Below are positions 1 through 13,907 of a DNA stretch of 64,000 nucleotides, piece after piece. The position numbers and the translations under genes were made by a program. The DNA is taken from positions 6,572,001-6,636,000 of the forward strand of contig NC_043012.1 in the NCBI RefSeq assembly GCF_006345805.1, given 5' to 3'. This stretch comes from Octopus sinensis. Lineage: Eukaryota. Under the pieces are notes generated by a model that had not been told where the DNA came from, did not search any database, and saw only the letters and a program-made list of their open reading frames with translations. Numbering within the stretch: position 1 is the stretch's first letter; each line of letters begins with the position of its first letter.

Positions 1-169
1 GGGGTCGAATTACTCAACTAAAGGTGGTGCTCCAGCATGGCCATAGTCAAATGACTGAAACAAGTAAAAAGAAAAAAAAAAGAATAAAAAAATACAGGTA
101 AAGGTGTTACATTCCAGCTTTGCCCTGGAATGCAAATATCTCTAATCCTTTCATTACCATATTTCTGTT

Positions 170-590
170 ACTCTTTTACTCTTTTTACTCTTTTACTTGT
201 TTCAGTCATGTGACTGTGGCCATGCTGGTGCACCACCTTTAGTCGAGCAAATTGACCCCAGAACTTATTCTTTGTAAGCCTAGTACTTATTCTATCGGTC
301 TCTTTTGCCAAAGCGCTAAGTTACGGGGACGTAAACACACCAGCATCAATTGTCAAACGATGTTGGGGGGGGGGACAAACACAGACATACAAACATATAC
401 ACACACATACATGTATACATATATATACGACGGGCTTCTTTCATTTTCCGTCTACCAAATCCACTCACAAGGCTTTGGTCAGCCTGAGGCTATAGTAGAA
501 GACACTTGCCCAAGGTGCCACACAGTGGGACTGAACCCAGAACCATGTGGTTCGTAAGGAAGCTACTTACCACACAGCCACTCCTACACC
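170..590 (-). mobile_element. Dominant tRNA-derived SINE, full-length copy
   Basis: tRNA-like head (GGAGTGGCTGTGTGGTAAG...GGTTCAGTCCCACTG), internal microsatellite, and tail GGTGCTCCAGCATGGCC..CAGTC..ATGACTGAAACAAGTAAAAGAG. More than 20 copies or fragments in the window. Confidence 0.85.
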
Positions 591-2480
591 TAGAATGTAA
601 AGTGCTGGAAAAAAAGCTGCAAAGCATATTGCTCAATGTGCTAACGACTCTGCCAGCTTTCTGCCCTAATTTGATGCATAAATTAACATGAAACTTTGAT
701 GAATGGCTTTGATTTAGATCACTTTAAAAAAGAGGAAATTTGTATTATTTGAACCTAGAATAGTCTCAGGTGGTTTGGTATTAAAAAATTGGGGTTAAAG
801 TTGATCTTTCTGATATGATGTGTTGTCTTTTAAGTACACATTTTAACCTTGAAATTCCTCTTCATCAAGAAAAAAATTATGATTGCACATAATAGATTTA
901 ATTAATGATATTTGATTTATAAAACCCCAGACGTAGTGTGGACGATGGTGGCTTGTGTGTGGGGGAATGGTGAAGACGGGGAATAATTAGAAATAAAACC
1001 GAAAGACCTGTAAATAATGGAACATCATCGCATTAATTGTTTCATTTATCAGAAAGCTACTAAGGGGACCGTTTCCGTATTAGTTCTGTGATGATCTATC
1101 GGATTTATGTTTATGGAATGGACAGAGGTGGTGGTGGGCGGCAAGCAGGAAGGCTCCTGATAGTATTAAAATATTTCTAGTACTGATTCTTTATCTGTGT
1201 AATTGCTTACATAGCATTTTTCCTTGGAATATTGCCCAGATAAATATGAAAATGCACGTATTTGCTGATAATTTCTTCATAGTTCTGTGTATATTTCAAT
1301 TCCCCAAAGAGTAACTGTAATAGTAGTAGAATATGATAGTATGTGCACGTGTGTGATTGTCTGTATACGTGTGTACGCAAATTACTTTTATCTTTTTTTT
1401 AAAATTTATTTATTTATGTATTTTTTTTCTTTTATCAGAATATTGACCTCACAACTAAAAGTACACTTATTCACAGTAGGAAATTCATTTTTCAGATGTA
1501 AATTGACAGGAAGCAAGAAACTTTCAGGAAGGACATTTATTTTCAATAAATATGCTTCGTTCACAGTAACAAATGTCATTATGATTACTACAAATTAAAG
1601 ATTTCTAACATAGTCAAATAGTTGATTGCAAAAAAACAGAATATTTGTTACCAAACCTATATATATATACATATATTTCATCAATAAATATCTTCTACAA
1701 CTCAATATGAACACATAACGTAATACAGAACACTACAAACCTTTCAATTAATACCACTAACCCCCATACATCCCATACACCATTCACATTACAGATCTAT
1801 ATCTACCCTAATTGCACCAAATCCAGAACTTCTTACCTTCCTTACACATAATTGTTTTACTCAGGGACTAGTAGACATGACACCATTCATTAATCGGTGT
1901 GCATTCAAAGCAATGATTAGTAAATTCATGAAACCGGTATGCTTTTAAATCTCTTTAACAAGTCACAATAATGACTATTATTACATTTATTCCTACCTCA
2001 GTTCAACTAATTGTATATATCTATCGTTACTTTTCATAAAATGCTTTTACTTTTTTTATTTCCAATGTGCATTTTTGCTTATTTTTCTTCTTACTTTCCC
2101 CTTACATTTCCACATGTAGTTTCTATTTTCTTTTTGTAACATATTTCTATTATATATATATATATCAAAATAAGCAACAAGGATATCTAGAGGTAATGCA
2201 GTACGACTGTTTCATGCAACTCCATTTAAATTATTGCTTTCCATTAAACATGAACAGACTGTGGTCTGTCGAAATTTTTGAATGGAATGCTAATGAGAAA
2301 AATAATTATTATTTTGATTATAATCACCCCATTTTGAATTATATGGATAATACCATACTAAATTCTGGTGCCTTTAACTTAAGTACCATATTCATCTGAA
2401 TTTAAATTTTACTGAACTTATATATATGTATATATATATATATAATTTCACACACACACACATATATATACATATATATA

Positions 2481-2526
<46 letters not shown>

Positions 2527-4664
2527 CATACACACACACACACACACACACGTATATATTTATATTTAGCACCAAGCCTGTATGTATGTGTATAGTCATT
2601 TAACCCTATTGAATTACAAATATTCCATGCTTAATTTCATTAAATGGATAAAAATGTATCTAATGACTCTCTTATTTATCTTTTGCTTTCCATTAAACAT
2701 GGACAGACTGTGGTCCATCGAAAGTTGTGAATGGTATGCTAATGAGAAAAATTACCTTGACATTTTTTCGTAATGCAGTCCACCTGATGATGAACAAAGT
2801 CTCCTGTAGCCTACTTCTTGCAAACAGTTGCCCAAATCTAGTTTAAATCATTGACAAATGCAGACCATCATTAGTGAACTAATGAGGCAATCTCTTGTAG
2901 CAGATTTGAAACCAAATCACAGTGAAAAGGTTAACCACATAACCTTGTCAAAATCAAATCGAATGGGAATTGTAGTTGTGAGTCCTGTGCCAGTAGCACA
3001 TAAAAAGCACCATCCGATTATGGTCAATGCCAGCTCCTCTGGCCCCTTGTGCTGGTGGCACGTAAAACGCATCCACTACACTCTCAGAGTGGTTGGCGTT
3101 AGGAAGGGCATCCAGCTGTAGAAACACTGCCAGATCAGATTGGGGCCTGGTGCAGCCTCCTGGCTTCCCAGACCCCAGTCGAACCATCCAACCCATTCCA
3201 GCATGGAAAACAGATGTTAAACAATGATGATGATATACTGTTGCTAGAAAACTGAAATAAAATATAAAACCAAAATTCAGAATTTATAAAGGTGTATTAT
3301 GTATCACTTTTATCCTATTCCATCCTTTCTGATCTGAAGAATTTTAAAGCAAAATATTTCTTTAGTGTAGTCTCTGTGAAATTTAGTCTGGCTGCATTCC
3401 GATATTAATATATGGAGTGGAATTAATGCTGGCTTTCATTTGTTTATATTTTGTCTCTTTACTTCATCCTTTTCTCATTAATAATTCAACAGGACAAATG
3501 AAAAATAATTTTGGAAGATCGTTATTATTTCATAAATTATTAAATGGTAAGTATGTCACTGTTATGATATAGAAAAGGGAAGCCAGAGAGATAAATATAA
3601 CAGATATCAGCATTAAATATTCAACGTTCAACAGAGAACAGCTCAGGAATGTCTTTTATTTTTTGGTGGCAGTGCAAAGTATTTTAGCGGGGGCCTAAAA
3701 ATAAATAAATAAATTGATCTGAGGAATCTATGAGTTAGCTTTTAGACTTTTAGAATCAAAGAATTAGAATCAAAAATTAATACTCTGGCAACAATATTCC
3801 ACCCCCACCCCCAAAAAACTAATAAAAAATAAAATAATACAAAACTAAAGTAAAATAAAATCTTTGTTAGGCGCTAGCTGAATGGTTTTGGGTACCAGAC
3901 TCAGGGTCTATCTCCTTCATATATCTTAACTAGAGCATCAAGCATTCTTGTCAACATGTGGTTATAGGTTCAAATCTCACTGCTGTCAGATATATTCATG
4001 GATGGTGAGAGATAAGAAAATCAGTCAAGTAGTGAACAAAATTTTCTTGTGGTATTTAGTTATATTCTAGTTTCAAATCCCTGCCCTAGTTGACTTTGCC
4101 GGTCATTCTTCTGGTGTCTAGAAAACAAGAATGTGTCAAATAGTAGGCATATATAACTGAGTGTACCTTTAAAAGCATTGCTCCAGTATGGTCTTGGCAG
4201 AATAATTGAAAATGGTAGAACATTAGAAGAGTTTTAAAAAATTAACATTTGGCTTGTTAGAAAATAAATACCAGCCAAATACTGAGTATATATAATTATG
4301 ATTAATTGATTATACTTTTAAAACCTTTAGAGGCATTGCTCCAGTATGGTCACCGTGCAAAAACTGAAAGCAGTAGAAATATATCTTTCTTTTACTTATT
4401 TCACTTATTGGACTACAGCCATGCTCGGGTATTGCCCTCAAGGTTTTAGTTGAACAAATTGATTTTTTTAAAAGTGTGGACGAGTTGAACCAGCCCCTAG
4501 GTGCTAATTATTCATAGGGTTGGTTTTCTCTGTATACACAACTGGAATATCCTATTTGGTACTTGCCAACCATAGGCTAGAACCACAGGTTTTTCCAGAC
4601 CTACCTGGTGCATCTCTTTTCAAGTACCTAATTCTATCTGAATCCTTATTTAATTATATATATA

Positions 4665-5050
4665 GGCGCAGGAGTGGCTGTGTTGTAAGTAGCTTGCCTA
4701 CCAACCACATGGTTCCCGGTTTATTCCCACTGTGTGGCACCTTGGGCAAATGTCTTCTACTATAGCCTCAAGCCGACCGAAACCTTGTGAGTGGATTTGG
4801 TAGACGGAAGCTGAAAAAAGCCCGTTGTATATATGTATATGTATGTGTGTGTGTATATGTTTGTGTGTCTGTGTTTGTCCCCCCAACATCGCTTGACAAC
4901 ACATGCTGGTGTGTTTACATCCCTGTAAAAAGAGGCTGATAGAATAAGTACTAGGCTTACAAAGAAAAAGTCCTGGGGTCAATTTGCTCGACTAAAGGCG
5001 ATGCTCCAGCATGGCCGCAGTCAAATGACTGAAACAAGTAGAAGAGAGAA
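4665..5050 (+). mobile_element. Dominant SINE, full-length copy
   Basis: Same head, internal microsatellite and tail as 170-590. Confidence 0.85.
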
Positions 5051-5072
5051 TATATGCATGTGTGTGTGTATG

Positions 5073-5108
<36 letters not shown>

Positions 5109-5725
5109 AAGCAAACTTCTTACTACACAGCCATGCTTGTGTCTACATAGAAAAAGGTTTTACAAATTTTCATCTTGCTCATGAGATAGTTTCTATTGGT
5201 TTAGTATAGTTAGATTTAGATTATCTGATAAGATAGGCTAGAAATATTTTGCTTGGATAACTGATTTAATCATTAACAAAGGCAGCAATAGTGAGCATAA
5301 TTATCAGACTGTGAGATTTGTTTGGATAATCCAGAATTCAGATAATTACTGTTGGGATAACTGAAGCTTCACTGCATTTTCAAAATGTTGGTATGGAATT
5401 AAGAATATGGAGAATGCTAGTGTGGAAGATGTGGTTGTGTGGTAAGAAGCTTGCTTCTCAACCACATGGTTCCAGGTTCAGTCCCACTGCATGGCACCTT
5501 AGGCAAGTGTCTTCTGCTACAGTCCCAGGCTAACTGAAACTTATGTGTTGATTTGGGTGATGGAAACTGAAAGGAACCCCTTGTGTATTTGTCTCTCACC
5601 ACCAGTTGACATCCAGTGTTGGTTTGTTTACACCTCTGAAATTACGCCTCAGCAAAAAGAGATTAATTAAATAAGTATCAGGATTTAAAAATAAATTAAT
5701 TAGAAGTAGATTTGTTTGAGTAGAC

Positions 5726-6083
5726 CAGTGGGTCTCAACAGGGGTCCATATGACACCAGAGGGGGCCATATAAAATTTTTTCTTGTGGGATGGGGTCTAC
5801 ACAACAGTATAGTAAACTGGGGATCCACAATAGTATTTTAAGGTCCTCTGAAAAGATTTTGTTTTAGATGTATGTATTGGCCTGCATTGTAAGGAACAGG
5901 CGGGTTTCTTTCTTGAACATTTTACCAACATAAGTTAATGTGTAAAAAAACAAAATTGGAATTTTGAAAGAATTATCAGTAAAGCTAGTTTTTAAACATT
6001 GAATGGCTATGGGTGTTGACCAGAACAAAATAGTAATCAAAGGGGTCCATTGATAAAAAAAAAAAACTGGTTGAGAATCCCTG
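5726..6083. mobile_element. hAT-type MITE inserted in a SINE tail
   Basis: Termini CAGTGGGTCTCAAC / GTTGAGAATCCCTG. Flanks gagtagac / gactcgac match at 6 of 8 positions. SINE sequence resumes on both sides. Confidence 0.7.
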
Positions 6084-6410
6084 GACTCGACCTTTCAGGG
6101 CAGTGCCCCAGCATGGACACAGTCTGATGACCAAAACAAATAAAAGATAAATTATAAAAGAAAAAGTTTATATATATATTCTTTTACTTGTTTCAGTCCT
6201 TTGACTGCGGCCATGCTGGAGCACCACCTTTAGTCAAACGAATTGACCCCAAGACCTGTTCTTGGTGAGCCTAGTACTTATTCTATTGGTCTCTTTTGAT
6301 GAACTGCTAAGATACAGGGACATGAATACACCACACATATATATATATTATTTTTATTTTTTTATTTCTATCTAGTTTCAGCTCACAAGCTGTGGCCATG
6401 CTGGGGCACC

Positions 6411-6450
<40 letters not shown>

Positions 6451-7796
6451 CCAACCCATGCTAGCATGGAGAACGGACGTTAAACGATGATGATGATATA
6501 TATATATATATATATATATATTGGGCCGTTATTGTTTTTTAGCCCCAATCCTCCTCATAATCATGATTATTTTCTAAATTGATTTTACAAAATATTTAAA
6601 AAAAAAAAAAACGATTTTTCGTGGCCGTTGCCAGTACCACCTGACTGGCCCTCATGCTGGTGGAACGTAAAAGCACCCACTACACTCTCAGAGTGGTTGG
6701 CATTAGGAAGGGCTTCCAGCTGTAGAAACTCTGCCAGATCAAGATTGGAGCCTGGTGCAGCCATCTGGTCCGCCAGTCCTCAGTCAAATCGTCCAACCCA
6801 TCCTAGCATGGAAAGTAGATGTTAAACGACGACGACGACGATATATATATATATATATGGACATCAACATTATAGAGAACTTATTCTAAAGAATTTACCA
6901 TATAGACAGAGTTTGTATAGAATATGGAGAAAGTCTTAGTATGGAGCTCCGTATGGGGAGAGTGTAATTCAGAGGATCTGCTGCCATTTCGAAACTTGTA
7001 CATATTTTAGTTAGAAAACATCTGTAATGGACATTAATTTGTAAATTGTTATGGTTTTGAATTTGGTTTACAATATTCTTGATATGAACTCTTGTGTTAA
7101 AACAGATTTTGTTGTATCTTGAGAGCTGTAAACTTAGGGACAAACAGACAGACAGACCGGAATCAGATCTGCAGTAAAGAGAGAGAGAGAGAGAGAGAGA
7201 GACATTCCACGGCTTTTGCTCATATGCTGTCTTCTACATGATAAAAATTGATTTCTTTTGATGAAACTGAAGGCCAAATATGTACACAAGCAGAACTAGC
7301 GGGAGAGAGATTACATGACATTCATGTATTTGTGGAGGGTATTATTAATATAAACTAAATGAATTGGATTTGAGTGGAGATGGAAACCAGATTGCTGACT
7401 CAGCTCTGTGGGAGTTTTATCTGCTGTTCTTCATGTTATTGCTGTTTAACACTGAGTCAGCCCTAATTTAACATACATATGACCAAAGGAATTTCACTCG
7501 TGAGTATCCTGTCTTCTCCACCCCTTTCTCTGACATGGCATAACTATTTAATGCATCCTTTCTTTTTAAAGACATGAAATGATATGACTGAAGGAGATTT
7601 GACTGCTATTTCATGGAAGTTGACTGACCCAATAAATGCTGAATCTTTGGCTTACTGTGGTTGATGTTGTCATTGTTGTTGCTGATGATGTTAAGTCAAC
7701 TTTAATTGAACAAATCTATCAAAAAGACATTCCATCTTTCACTATCCCACGTTTTTTACTCTAGGCATAATGTATCTAAGAATACATTATCCAATC

Positions 7797-8190
7797 TGTC
7801 TTGTGCTGGTGGCACATAAAAAGCACCATCTGAACGTGGCCGATACCAGCGCCGCCTCGACTGGCTTCTGTGCTGGTGCTACATAAAAAGCACCATCCGA
7901 ACGTGGTCGATGCCAGCACCGCTTTGACTGGCTTCTGTGCCGGTGGCACGTTAAAAGCACCAACCGATCGTGGCTGATGCCAGACTCCCCTGGCACCTGT
8001 GTCGGTGGCATGTAAAAAGCACCCACTACACTCGCGGAGTGGTTGGCGTTAGGAAGGGCATCCAGCTGTAGAAACACTGCCAGATCAGACTGGAGCCTGC
8101 TGCAGCCCCTGGCTTCCCAGACCCCGGTTGAACCGTCCAACCCATGCTAGCATGAAAAACGGACGTTAAACGATGATGATGATGATGATG
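7797..8190 (+). repeat. RTE 3'UTR-only copy (5'-truncated LINE tail)
   Basis: Matches 63560-63869, with GTGCCGGTGGCAC-type subrepeats and the ending GGACGTTAAAC(GAT)n. Confidence 0.85.
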
Positions 8191-8694
8191 AATAAAGAAG
8201 GTAATTTGAGAAAGATTTCTGGCTGTTATTTTTCTGAGTCAAGTGATTCCAATCTTGAGTCGCAGACTCTTATTGTTTGGTTCCAAGACACTTTATCAAA
8301 GACCTTCCAGTTATGTACCATCTCACATTTTTTTAAAGCATAGTATATCTAGGACTAAAGCAGAATGGTTCACACAATGAGCAAAATGTTTAGTGGCGTT
8401 TCTTCCAGCTCTTTTATGCTCTGAGATCAAATGCCACCAAGGTCAAGTTTTCCTTTCATCCCTGCCTAAAGGAACAATCAAACATAGGGATTGAAATAAC
8501 CGACTCATCTCTTCTCTTCAAAATTGTTGGTCCTGGACCTGGCAATGGATTGTCATCCTGTTTTGGGTGAGTGTTGTGATCTTGGTCAATTATATGTGCC
8601 ACATGGAAGCGAGCTGACCAGCCTTAGGAGTCATAGGACTTAAGAAAAAGAAAGGAAGACACTTGGCAAGAAATGGAAGCAAAATTGAAAGAAA

Positions 8695-8729
<35 letters not shown>

Positions 8730-11157
8730 ATAATAATAATAATAATAATGATAACACTCATAATAATAGTTTCAAATTTTGGCACAAGGCCATCAATTTT
8801 GAGGGAGGGGGAAAGTTGATTACATCGACCCCAGTGTTCAAGTGGTACTTATTTTATCGACCCTGAAAGTGTGAAAGGGAAAGCTGACCTCAGCAGAATT
8901 TGAACCCAGAATGTGAAGACGGATGAGATGCCACTAACCATTTTCCCCTTCATGCTAATAATTCCAGAAGCTCATCACGTTAATCAATAAATTAATATTG
9001 AACACAGACAGTAGTCTGTGTCTAATGTAACAACATGCAGCAAATCCTTGTAAATATCGAAGTAATTACAGGATTTCTGTGTCTTTCATTTTTTTCCAAT
9101 TGCCATTAAACATGGAAATCAAATTCATTATTGGAATTTGATTTTCTGACATTCTTTTAAAATAATGATAAGAAGAAATCAATGATGACATTCCCAGAAA
9201 TTAATCAACGCAGGAAAAAGCCAATTCTTCAGTAAAATATTATTTCTTGTTGATTAAGTCTCACTTGTTTACTTGTTCAGAAATGATGTGGTTTCATTTC
9301 TTGATCTTTGTACCATCATGACCTTCATCGTATCATGACCTCTGACCTCAGGCAAGGATGAGACTGATGCAGCTGATACCCAGGATTGAATATCTCCAAT
9401 CCAAAGTCTGCACCATAAAGAACGGTCAACAGGGGGAAGAGAGCCAGCTAGTGATGGTGGTGGTGGGATCTGATTGTAACAGAATGAGCTTTGCTGAGAG
9501 CACTCAAGACTGGGAAAGAGATGAAACAGCAACAAGGGGCAGTGAAGCCCTTCTGAAAATTGGTGGGATCAGTGCAACTGGTGCCCAGCCTGAATATTTT
9601 CAGGTCCTTCTCCTCCTCCTCCTCCTCCTCCATATTCTTCTGTTTGATCTTCTTCTTCTTCTCCCCCTCCTCCTCCCCTTCCTCCCACCACCACCACCAC
9701 CAGAGTTAATTCTTCCAACTTTGCATTCCAAGTTCAAATGTTTCCAAAGTCAACTCTGTCTTTCATTCTTTTGAAATGCAAAATATAAAATAAAAATAAA
9801 CATAGTCCCCTTGATCAAATTAAAGGGGCATATGTTTGTTTTCATTTTTAATTAATTAATTAATTAATTAATTTTTTTACTCTGCATACTCTATCTGTTG
9901 AATGTAAAGTCTGAGAAATGGATCACAGTTTTCTAGAGATGGAGCAAGATTTGAACTCAGAATTCTCAAGACCACATTGCATACTGCAATGTATCCCACC
10001 CAATGCTCTAACGGTTCAACTAATCCACTGTTCTGGACTGGTCATTTTTCTTTTGACCCCGAAAGGATGAAAGGCAAAACTTTGACCTCAGTGGAGTTAG
10101 AATTCAGTGCACAAAGGATGTCAAGAGAAAAACAGGCAAGCAGTATTTAGTTCCAATGCTCCAGTGTTTCTGCCAATTTAATGTGTCTGGGAGAGAGGGT
10201 AGGAGGAAAAGAGAGGGGGAAGAGAGAGGGGAAAGAGGGGAGGTAAAAGATAGAGGGAAAGAGACAAAGAGGGGAAAATGAGAAGAGAGGGAGAGAGAGA
10301 AATGCTAATTCATGTGACAATATATAAACCGCTACACACTTCCAACACAAGATTGTGGGGAGCCTTTTTGTGCTTTTGTAGCGCAATAAAAACAAGTCAT
10401 GTACAGGCATAAAGATATATATATATATCGAGAGAGATAATCATGTGAGCATATATATGTTTGTCTATATATGTATGTATATATATATATGCATATATAT
10501 ATATATATATATGTAACACATGGTACAATTATAAACAGGAAAAATTTTAGCTAATTCTTTGCAGACTGAAATATAAAATAGTAATAACAACCTTAATTGA
10601 CTTTTGAACCATATCAACTTTTCATCAGAGGGGTTCACATCATTCTGACAGTCTTCAAAGAAATGAGCAGCCAAACTGTTTATATACTCAACAAAAGCAG
10701 CAGATACGCTATGAGGGAATCCCTAATTTGCATACTGAAAGAGTTTAACACTTCATAAATACCAGCAGCTTGTCAACAGGGATCTTAGTTCACTCAGTAT
10801 CAAAGTATGATATAATAAATATGTAACATGTGGTATAATTATAAACGGGGCAAATTTTAGCTATATTTCTGCAGATATATCATCATCATCATCATCATCA
10901 TCATTTTTTAGCGTCCGCTTTCCATGCTAGCATGGGTTGGACGGTTCAACTGGGGTCTGGGAAGCCAGAAGGCTGCACCAGGCTCCAGTCTGATCTGGCA
11001 GTGTTTCTATGGCTGGATGCCTTTCCTAACGCCAACCACTCCGTGAGTGTAGTGGGTGCTTTTTACGTGCCACCGGCACAGTTGCCAGATGGGGCTGGTA
11101 AACGGCCACAGTCGGATGGTGCTTTTTACATGCCACCAGCACAGGGGCGAGGCGAGG

Positions 11158-11349
11158 CTGGGTGTCCCAAAAGTCACTGATTGGTTTCAATTTTTAACTT
11201 TAGAAATAAATGCATGAAATTTTGATACAAGTTAATTATTTAACCTTTTCCATCTCTTTTCAGATTTTATCAGAATTTCATGTATTTGTTTGTAAAGTTA
11301 AAGAAGTTATTAAAAACTGAAAGCCATCAGTGACTTTTGGAACACCCTG
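11158..11349. mobile_element. Tc1/mariner-type MITE
   Basis: ~23-bp inverted termini CTGGGTGTCCCAAAAGTCACTGA / TCAGTGACTTTTGGAACACCCTG, followed by TA. It truncates an RTE-tail repeat. Confidence 0.75.
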
Positions 11350-11704
11350 TATATATTTATGCTGACAAACCATGTGTGTATCAACAAAGCAGGCCTTAAT
11401 ATATATATACATCACTAATTTAAACGAAGATTTTCAAGACCACATGTGTAAAATGATGCCTTGTATTCATCTTCAGTTTTTAAGGTTTCTGTTTAAAATG
11501 TTACTTTACACTTGTTGCATATTGTAGTCCTGTGTTTAATTGATTACTTTTAAAGACACTGTTTGAGCTTTTAACAAAAAGAAAAAAGCAAGAAATGAAA
11601 TGAACAGCCCCCACCCACAAAAAGGTATTGGGTGGGGAGGGGGAGATAAGAGAAAAAGTATGGAAATAGCTAAAAAGAAGGAGAAATAAATAACCCAAAA
11701 CTAT

Positions 11705-12985
11705 GATTGATTGATTGATTGATTCTAGTTTCAGCTTATGAGCTGTGGCCATGCTGGGGCACCGCCATTTGGTGTTGCTACTTGGTTTCACTTCATGGAG
11801 GCTTTCTAGCAACTGCTATTTGGTGCATGAGAGAGTTCGATGCAGCTGCCCTCATCTGCCCCTCCTGCCGTGAAGTTGGTTCATCTGGGACACCTGACAG
11901 GAAGAGATCCAGCTTCATTTTAAAGACATCTGTATCCACCCCATGCAGGTCTCTCAGGTTCTTCAGGAGGATATTGAAGAGCTGTGGGCCTCGGAAGCCC
12001 AGGCTATCACAGAATCTTGTCCTACATCTTGATGGCAGGTTTGGAGTCCTAGGCACCACGCAGTGGCGCCCAGTTCTGGCATTTGCGTAACTCTCGATGC
12101 CAAAGTTCAGGACACTTCCCTCCAGGATCTTCCAGATGTATATTATGGCATATCTTTCCCGCCTTCGCTCCAGGGAATATAATTTTAATCTCTTGAGTCT
12201 TTCCCAGTAGCTTACATTCTGCATAGAGGCTATCTTCTTTGTGTAGCTTCGTTGGATCGCCTCAAGTTCTGTGATCAACTTGACACTGGATGGTGACCAT
12301 AGCTGAGAGCAATAGTCAAAGTGGCTTAGGACAAGTGTCTTCCAGAGGACCATCATGGTTTCTTGTTCTCTTGTTCTAAAGGTTCTAAGAATCCATCCAG
12401 CCAGCCGTCTACATTTCATTGTCAGTTTAGCAACATGTACATGAAAGGTCGCGTCATCACTCATGTGAATACCCAGGTCACGCACTGATTGTGCCTCTGG
12501 GATTGCAATCCCTCCGGGTCCAGTGTATTCATTGGGTATTGCATTCAGTTTTGCATGCTGATAGTATAAAGCTTGAAACTTTCCAGCATTGAACTGCATG
12601 CTATTCTTTTCAGCCCACTTGTATATTTCGTCCAGCTCACATTGCAGGTGTTTAGTGTCCTCAGGGTTCTGTATTGCCTGTGAAACTTTTGTATCATCTG
12701 CATAACTTGTGATCGTGGCTCTCTGCGTGGCTGAGGGCATGTCTGAGAGGGCCATTATGAACAGTAGTGGTCCCAGAACAGTGCCCTGCGGAACACCGCT
12801 CACTATTTGTGTGTTAATGGAGGTGGCCCCATTGGCTACTACCACCTGACTTCTATCCTTCAGAAAGTCATGAAGCCATTCTCCCAGTTTTCCAACTATG
12901 TTGAGATCACGCAGTTTGTGACATATCATTCCATGATCGACTTTATCAAAGGCCTTTGCAAAGTCGAGATATATCACTTCCACAT
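11705..12985 (-). mobile_element. 5'-truncated CR1-like LINE with an open RT/C-terminal ORF (11793-12983) and (ATCA)n tail
   Basis: 396 uninterrupted codons containing YLDFAKAFDKVDH, SGVPQGTVLGPLLF, YADDTK, RDLG and LYSLERRRERY, typical of CR1-group RTs. The short 3'UTR GGCGGTGCCCCAGCATGGCCACAGCTCATAAGCTGAAACTAG is followed by (ATCA)n. Confidence 0.9.
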
Positions 12986-13699
12986 ATGTAGATTTTTACG
13001 ATAGGAAATTAATGGTTGGTGTAAGACATAAAAACATATTAAGTTAAAGCAAGCATTACAATAAGTTTTTGCTTGCTGTGGTATAACCAATACGAAAATA
13101 GATGTATTGTGTGTAGAATATGAGAGAGAGAGGGAGAGAGAGGGGGGAGAGAGAGAGAGAAGTCCCAGTGGTTATATATTCAGACATCAGGTGTGAAAAC
13201 AGAAAATTGGAGGAAACAATATTCTGAAGGGGGAATTGGAATTAAAACACACACACACACACACACATATATATGCATGTTCACACAAACCCATGTATAC
13301 ATACACATCTACATTTTCTTTTTGTTCTTTTGTTGCGATGCCAACAGTGCAGCAGTTTAGTCAGGATGCTTGCCTTTTCCTTTTGCTGTTTGTCCAATGT
13401 TTACAAGTATAGCATCGAACTTGGAATGTAAATAGGTAAACAGAATAGAATAAACCAGTCTTTGCGAAAAAATATATATATATAACTCTATATTGGAGAT
13501 TTCGAATAACATATTTTCATTTAAATATACAAACAAATATATAAATATATGTATATATGCATGTGTATATGTTATTAAGTTGTATTTCTAAATTTCTCGC
13601 CAATGGACAAAGACCCGGTTTCTAACCAAGATCCAAGGCTCCTTCATTGGAATTTCAACATCAACAAAGTATTTGTACATATATGTGTGTGTATAATGA

Positions 13700-13870
13700 C
13701 ATCATGCTTGGAATGGTCAGTGGCAAGAGAGGAAGAGGCTGACCAAGAACCCGCTGGCTTGACCCCATCAAGAGTGATACCAGAATAGACATAGCCAATC
13801 TGAAAGAAGCAGCCCAGGATAAAACTGACAGGAGGACACTGATCCAACAAGTAACCAAGAGCGGATAGAT
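13700..13870 (+). mobile_element. RTE LINE C-terminal remnant
   Basis: Translation GMVSGKRGRG*PRTRWLDPIKSDTRIDIANLKEAAQDK matches the RTE C-terminal G-x-R-x-R-G-R-P-x-x-R-W motif. Confidence 0.65.
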
Positions 13871-13875
13871 AGATA

Positions 13876-13907
<32 letters not shown>

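Noticed and set aside
6895-7143. 75-codon open minus-strand frame between an AG and GTAAAT
   Set aside because: It has no recognisable homology or Ig pattern and is the wrong phase for the Ig gene. This length is attainable by chance.
7797-8060. Regularly spaced ~30-bp palindromic repeats superficially like a CRISPR array
   Set aside because: The context is eukaryotic, the spacers are related to each other, there are no cas genes, and the unit is the RTE 3'UTR subrepeat seen at 63.5-63.7 kb.
9358-9774. 138-aa ORF ending in a Leu/Pro-rich stretch resembling a transmembrane segment
   Set aside because: The hydrophobic part is a (CTC/CTT)n microsatellite, and the rest has no motif or splice support.
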